Of a stretch of DNA of 64,000 nt, positions 58,648 to 64,000 are shown piece by piece. The number at the start of each line of letters is the position of its first letter. Within the stretch, counting starts at the first letter, position 1. The DNA comes from a virus (lineage: Duplodnaviria > Caudoviricetes), in the IMG/VR virus record IMGVR_UViG_3300037249_001368, positions 96,001 through 160,000 of that record; one strand, written 5' to 3'. The position numbers and the translations under genes are program-made. The notes below the pieces were generated by a model, which worked only from the letters and a program-made list of their open reading frames with translations, did no database searches and had not been told where the DNA came from.

Positions 58648-61600
58648 ATGAAAATTGCACATATCGCAGACGTTCAGGTCAAAAACCGTGAAAAGAACTT
58701 GGAACGTCCCTACAATGATTCATTACAAGAGATTTATGACAAAATCAACGCTGACAACGAAATAGAAATTTTAGTCATCGCTGGTGATTTGTTTGAGTAC
58801 GCAGAACCAAACGAATCCGAGCGTGCCATGATTTATACTTTCCTGTCAAGGTTGCCCGAAATAAAACACCTGCACGAAATAGTTTTAATTCCTGGTAACC
58901 ACGATTTGGTGAAATTCGGTAAATCACAAGCAGTCAACGAATCACTCACCGAAGATTTGAACATCAAATCAACACCACTTGACCTTTTCAATGACATCAT
59001 TCAGACATTGAATCCTGATTATGCCAAGAAGTACATCTACATTGACCATACAGGGGTTTATGAATCAAATATTTTGAGTAGGCTTATCTACGTAGGTTAC
59101 TCTTTGGAAGATGGCATGAAATTCCCGTTTGATGAATCAATTCTCGACAATGATGACCGTCTGAAGATTTGTGTTTTTCACGGTATGCTTAAAGATTACG
59201 TGGAAACCAAGAAGATTCCTCTAAGAAAAGATATACTCGAACGCCTGACATCATTGGAGAACTTCCCAGAAAGGTCTCGTGTGCTTGCTGGTGATATCCA
59301 CCAAATACTCAGTTTTGATGACCCAGCAAGAGACATATATTTTTGGTATTCAGGCTCAACCCAACAACATACACACAGCGAGGGTTGGTATTTGTACACT
59401 GATAACCAAGCCAAAAACTCAATCACTGACGAACGTAAAGCCATACTTACTTACGAATACGAAGGTTATCATTTACAGAAACCTGAGAAGATATACTTAA
59501 GCAACTGGGTAAGTTACGTAACAGTTACCACCTCACTTGAACAATCAGGCACAGAAATCATTGAATCACTCAACGCTATGGATTGGGAAAAATGTGCAGG
59601 TGTTGATGTAACTTATGTGGTTGTGAAATCCAAACACAAATTCTCCAAGATTGAGCGGAAGATTTATGAGATAATTAAATCGCATATCCCTAATGCTATT
59701 ATATCATTTGATTATGGCAAAATAACAATGGACATCAACACCGTTGAATCCACCGTTGTCAAGGATATCCTCGACGAAAAGACAGAAGTCACTGAATCAG
59801 AAACTGATGAACCACATCAGTTTGATTTTAACGACATAGACAATCTGGTTTTATCGGATGAACAACTCCAAAAGATGTTCAACTATGTGATTCAGCAACA
59901 ACTCACAAAAGTCGAGACAGACAATACCGAAAAGATACACACAGCCCTGATGGATTTGTTTAAGACACAGTTATCAGATGTTGTCACCAAATCTAAACAT
60001 TACTCCATAGACCTGAAACAAGTCTATTGTTCCCAATTCATGGCGTTAGGCAAAAACAACATAAAACTTGACATCAACGGAATAACGAGAATCTTGGGAA
60101 CAAACGGAATTGGCAAAACCACTCTTTTCCGAATGATTAGATGGGTGTTTACGGGCGAGGTTTTCGAGGGCATGAAGTCAAATACCAGTGTCAGAAACAA
60201 CATGGGTATTTTCAATGAACGTCTAGATGATGACTCTTTGACTGTGAGCCTTGCAATAGAAAATAATCACATTCCCGTCGTGATTAGGCGGACTGCCACC
60301 CGTAAATGGAAAAATAACACAACTTACGAACAAAAACATTCCAAAGAATGGCAGGATTTCGTGAGCACGATTCAGATGGATTTGCAATTCACCATTAATC
60401 CAAACACCGAGAATCAGAAGATTATTGTTGGTGAAAACGCTCAAAAGAACATTAACGTTTGGTTGGGAGATGCAATCAATAAACTGATGTTCATCAACCA
60501 AATGAAGATTGAAGAGATACTCAAATCCGAGAAAGTCAACATGAATGATACAATATTAGACTTCATTGGATGTGATTATCTTAATTCTTTGGAGAATAAT
60601 TTGGATGAGGTCAAGAACGAATTGATGACGATACCTCGTCCGAAACGCGACAGGATGCAAATCTTGACAGACATTTCCAAGGAACAGGCTGCCATCAAAG
60701 AATGTGACCAAAACATAGAAGCCAACAATAAGGAAATTTCTGATACAGAACAGAAACGCTCAAAGAAAACAGAGGAAAGAAATTCCACCAACACAGAATT
60801 AATCAATTTGGGTAATGTGGAGAACCAAATCACTGAAAACGACCAAGAAATTGAGAAAGTTCAGGGATTGGTTGATTCTTACAAACCACAAGAGCCAAAA
60901 GAACTCATCAAACCAACTATAACAAAACCTGATTATCCTCAATCAGCAATAGACGAGTTACAGCAGAAACTAAAAACTCAAGAACAACGTCAACAGGAAT
61001 CCAATGACAAAATCATAGGAATCAGGACACAAATTGTAACCGAGATTCAGTCACAAATTAGTGCAGAGCGAGACAGTATCAAAGAATCTGCTCATAATGT
61101 ATTAAAGATTGAAACATCTGTCACTGATTACGAAACACAGATTAAAACATTCCTTAGTGAAGTAAGAATTAAGTTACAGAGTAAGGTTTCTGAACAGGAT
61201 AGAATCATTGCAGAGTACCGTAAAACGATAACAGAAAACAAAGCAAGTATCACGAACGGTGTTTGTCCTAAATGTGGTAGACCTTTCTCTGATGATTACG
61301 AAACACATAAACAAACCCTTGAAGCAGAAATTTCTAAGTACGAAGAATTAATTAAAAACGAGGAAGCAATCAAGTCCACTTACTCCAAACACATCGACGA
61401 ATTGCCTAAGTTTACGTCCTTTGACGGTATGGCTCATGACCAGATTGCAGTTATGCAAACAAACAAATTCCTGCAACCTAAGTTCGGTGATATACTTTCT
61501 AAATACAAAGAACTTACAGCTGATTACAATACTCATAAGCAAAATCAGATGCAGGCAGAATCACAGGTAGCGGTCTTAGATGAAATACTTAGTCTCGTCA

Positions 61601-62604
61601 ATACCAAAATCAATGTCAGTGAGCAACTACCGAAGGAATATAAAGAAATCAGTATCAATGATTTTGGTTACAATGATGCGGTTACTGAGTGGAAGTTTAT
61701 CATTGATGATGTTCAGAAAACTACTAAAGAAATTTCTGATACCAAAGAATCATACAACACAAAGTTACAAGAATACACAAACCATATCGAGGAAGTTGAA
61801 GCCAGAAATAAGGAAATCCGTGAGTACAATTCAGGTATAGAATCTGCTAAAAATACCCATGAACAGAATGTGTTGAAATTAGGTCAGTTGCTCACCAAGA
61901 AAAAGTTACTTGATTCTCAGTTACCAACTTACCAAAAACTGAAACATGATTTGGATGTTGCTGATGCAACTATAAAGGATTTTGGTGATTACATACAAAC
62001 ACTCACAAACAGCAACACACAAATTTCCATAGACAAAACCCGTCACGAAGGCAACATACAAAATCTTGAAAAGGAAAAATCTGATTACGATAAGTATCAG
62101 GAAAATAACATAATTTGGAAGATATACAGTAAAGTTATCAAAGATAATTTCAGGGATATTGTTTTTGAATACTACAGAACATTCCTAAACAGAACTTTGG
62201 ATGTTATACTTGATGACACAAACTTTAAGCTGTTTTGGGATTCTGACAACCAACTGATAATTGTTTCCGTCAAAAATGGAAATACCACTTACACACCTAT
62301 CAAACAGGCTTCGGGTATGGAAACTATTTTTACTGGTTTGGCTTTAATATATACGATAAGTCTACTGAATATCAAACACAGATGTTCCCATATATTCATA
62401 GATGAATTATCAGGACAGTTATCGACTGGCAAAAACCTTAGCGGAGATGTCAAAAACTATCAAGAAATCTTCATCAAGATTTTACATAAGTTCGTTGATA
62501 AATCCATTTTCATCGTAGACCACAACATAGATTATATGGGTGAGAATGTCTGTTACGAAGTCAAGTACGACGAATCAGGAAACATTTATTGTATAAAAGA
62601 TTAA
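58648..62604 (+). CDS. Fused Mre11/SbcD (gp47-like) nuclease and Rad50/SbcC (gp46-like) ATPase
   Basis: Nuclease: HIADVQ, AGDLF, GNHD, FHG, GDIH. ATPase: GTNGIGKT, CPKC zinc hook in a coiled coil, ASGME, IFIDE, VDH. Confidence 0.9.
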   Translation: MKIAHIADVQVKNREKNLERPYNDSLQEIYDKINADNEIEILVIAGDLFEYAEPNESERAMIYTFLSRLPEIKHLHEIVLIPGNHDLVKFGKSQAVNESLTEDLNIKSTPLDLFNDIIQTLNPDYAKKYIYIDHTGVYESNILSRLIYVGYSLEDGMKFPFDESILDNDDRLKICVFHGMLKDYVETKKIPLRKDILERLTSLENFPERSRVLAGDIHQILSFDDPARDIYFWYSGSTQQHTHSEGWYLYTDNQAKNSITDERKAILTYEYEGYHLQKPEKIYLSNWVSYVTVTTSLEQSGTEIIESLNAMDWEKCAGVDVTYVVVKSKHKFSKIERKIYEIIKSHIPNAIISFDYGKITMDINTVESTVVKDILDEKTEVTESETDEPHQFDFNDIDNLVLSDEQLQKMFNYVIQQQLTKVETDNTEKIHTALMDLFKTQLSDVVTKSKHYSIDLKQVYCSQFMALGKNNIKLDINGITRILGTNGIGKTTLFRMIRWVFTGEVFEGMKSNTSVRNNMGIFNERLDDDSLTVSLAIENNHIPVVIRRTATRKWKNNTTYEQKHSKEWQDFVSTIQMDLQFTINPNTENQKIIVGENAQKNINVWLGDAINKLMFINQMKIEEILKSEKVNMNDTILDFIGCDYLNSLENNLDEVKNELMTIPRPKRDRMQILTDISKEQAAIKECDQNIEANNKEISDTEQKRSKKTEERNSTNTELINLGNVENQITENDQEIEKVQGLVDSYKPQEPKELIKPTITKPDYPQSAIDELQQKLKTQEQRQQESNDKIIGIRTQIVTEIQSQISAERDSIKESAHNVLKIETSVTDYETQIKTFLSEVRIKLQSKVSEQDRIIAEYRKTITENKASITNGVCPKCGRPFSDDYETHKQTLEAEISKYEELIKNEEAIKSTYSKHIDELPKFTSFDGMAHDQIAVMQTNKFLQPKFGDILSKYKELTADYNTHKQNQMQAESQVAVLDEILSLVNTKINVSEQLPKEYKEISINDFGYNDAVTEWKFIIDDVQKTTKEISDTKESYNTKLQEYTNHIEEVEARNKEIREYNSGIESAKNTHEQNVLKLGQLLTKKKLLDSQLPTYQKLKHDLDVADATIKDFGDYIQTLTNSNTQISIDKTRHEGNIQNLEKEKSDYDKYQENNIIWKIYSKVIKDNFRDIVFEYYRTFLNRTLDVILDDTNFKLFWDSDNQLIIVSVKNGNTTYTPIKQASGMETIFTGLALIYTISLLNIKHRCSHIFIDELSGQLSTGKNLSGDVKNYQEIFIKILHKFVDKSIFIVDHNIDYMGENVCYEVKYDESGNIYCIKD

Positions 62605-62606
62605 CG

Positions 62607-63053
62607 ATGAAAAAGAAAGTCTATGAAGCCATTAAGGCTTATGTCAACGACTATAAGGATTTTGACGACGTCAGGTTGAATGTCGATTCATACATGGCGA
62701 CATTACAAAGAAAGCATCCTCGTTGGAATACCAGTGACTTGTTGAAGCCAGCCTGTATTGAATACGTTGCTGACGGAAATCTTGCCACTTATCCCTCTGA
62801 CCAATTCAACGACTTGGTTGGAATATTCAGAACCGCAGGCGAAAAGTTCAAACCCGAGGTTTATCTCAAGAAACCTGCTTTGGATGAAATCAAGAAATTT
62901 GGTTTTGACGAGTGGTTTGATAAGTACAACAACCTCGCTGACCACTACGAGTTATTCAAACAGACAGGAAGTGATTTCACGGTGACCCGCTGGTATCAAA
63001 CCTTGATTGGTCTCGCCATCGCGAAAATGTACGAGGATTTTGACAAGCAATGA
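62607..63053 (+). CDS. Hypothetical protein
   Basis: Likely ATG at 62607. Confidence 0.55.
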   Translation: MKKKVYEAIKAYVNDYKDFDDVRLNVDSYMATLQRKHPRWNTSDLLKPACIEYVADGNLATYPSDQFNDLVGIFRTAGEKFKPEVYLKKPALDEIKKFGFDEWFDKYNNLADHYELFKQTGSDFTVTRWYQTLIGLAIAKMYEDFDKQ

Positions 63054-63097
63054 ACATCTGAAGGATGTTCATTGGTTAATGAAATAATAAAAACAGT

Positions 63098-63508
63098 ATG
63101 GACAAGATGACACGTTTTGTTGATGTCATGGTTTTTAACACCAATAATCAACTACTCCTTTTAAAGCGATGTGACTCTGCCGAGTTTATGCCATCTAAGT
63201 GGTGTCTGCCTGGTGGACATGTCGAGAATGGTTCTCTGATTGAAAACGCTCAGCGTGAGTTGGAGGAGGAAACAGGAATTATAGCATCCCAATTATACCT
63301 GATGAAGGGAACTAATTGGACTTACGAAACTGGTGATGCTTGTACAACTGTTTTTGTTTCTTTCATGGAGTTCATCGGAGAACAGACACCTCGTATAACC
63401 ATAACGGAGCACTCTGAATATAAGTTCTTCGATATTGACAGTCTGCCTAAGGAAGATATGCTCCCTGAGTTATATGATATAATTAAGTACGTATTGCAAT
63501 CACAATAA
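63098..63508 (+). CDS. NUDIX hydrolase
   Basis: WCLPGGHVE...AQRELEEETGI. Confidence 0.9.
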   Translation: MDKMTRFVDVMVFNTNNQLLLLKRCDSAEFMPSKWCLPGGHVENGSLIENAQRELEEETGIIASQLYLMKGTNWTYETGDACTTVFVSFMEFIGEQTPRITITEHSEYKFFDIDSLPKEDMLPELYDIIKYVLQSQ

Positions 63509-63534
63509 TTACTAACAATAAAAATCAGATTATT

Positions 63535-64000
63535 ATGCCATTTGGACGTGACAACGAAAACAATGAGGAAATGCTGCGACAGGAAATCGAAAACGAAAAC
63601 CAAGAAGCAGACCAACAGCCCATTGAAGCACAAGAATTACCTGAAGAACAGGCAGTGGTAGAAGCAACAGCACCTGCACCACAACCACAACAACCACAAA
63701 AACCAAAAGAACAACAACCAAACCTTGTTGATGGTTGGCGAATTATCAACAACGATGACCTCCCGAATCACGGAGTTCTGTATCCAAGTTCATGGCGTTT
63801 TGCCTATCGCTGTCCAACTGCTAAGGAAGTGATTAACTTCTCTACAGTGGACGACCGCGATACCCCAGCAATCATCGCAGCTATCGAGGATTTGGTGAGA
63901 AAGTGTGTCAAGATTTGGGACACCGACACCGAGCAAGAGGTGTCATCCACTGAAATCAACGACGGTCACAAGTTGTATTTCATCCTGAAACTGAGGGAGT
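63535..64000 (+). CDS. 3'-truncated baseplate hub assembly protein, gp26-like (not in the ORF track)
   Basis: Open from ATG 63535 to the window end; DLPNHGVLYP...YRCPTAKEV...KCV...KLYFILKLRE. Confidence 0.55.
   Translation, partial: MPFGRDNENNEEMLRQEIENENQEADQQPIEAQELPEEQAVVEATAPAPQPQQPQKPKEQQPNLVDGWRIINNDDLPNHGVLYPSSWRFAYRCPTAKEVINFSTVDDRDTPAIIAAIEDLVRKCVKIWDTDTEQEVSSTEINDGHKLYFILKLRE

Noticed and set aside
321-63752. Minus-strand ORFs in the track
   Set aside because: They are shadows of + strand genes or of the tRNA, with no recognisable motifs.
1-64000. Stop-codon reassignment (TAG to Gln), as in Lak and some crAss-like phages
   Set aside because: Long genes are intact in code 11, TAG ends genes at sensible places (3685, 12668, 16975, 32364), and the tRNA anticodon is TTG, not CTA.

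Overview
A 64 kb segment of a large, T4-like (myovirus-type) dsDNA phage genome. The host is most likely in the Bacteroidota: starts are A-rich and lack Shine-Dalgarno motifs, and several proteins resemble Bacteroidales-phage families from memory. All credible genes lie on the + strand and read in the standard code. Virion genes: gp4-, gp53-, gp27-, gp15-, gp2- and gp26-like, plus tail-fibre-like proteins. Lysis: an amidase and holin/spanin candidates. Transcription and RNA: a gp55-like late sigma, tRNA-Gln(UUG) and a structured ~300 nt non-coding tract after it. Replication: a family B polymerase split into two genes, a putative clamp, clamp loader, gp32-like SSB, UvsW, RNase H, a 1749-aa primase-SF2 helicase fusion with an intein, and an Mre11-Rad50 fusion. 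Also present are dTMP-supply enzymes (dCMP deaminase, dUTPase, ThyX), an intact and a degenerate DNA methyltransferase, and many small accessory ORFs. Two non-coding patterns stand out. (1) An 11-copy bipartite motif (GCCTAA-like)-N16-(G/A)GT with an invariant spacer, probably a phage promoter. (2) U-rich tracts centred on CAT sit just before hairpins in several 3' UTRs. Their reverse complements read like Bacteroidota translation starts (MKKIVT, MKRLTTV, MKAK, MKIFQ), suggesting a dispersed set of antisense RNAs against start-codon regions. Product calls rest on motifs recognised by eye; no database search was run.
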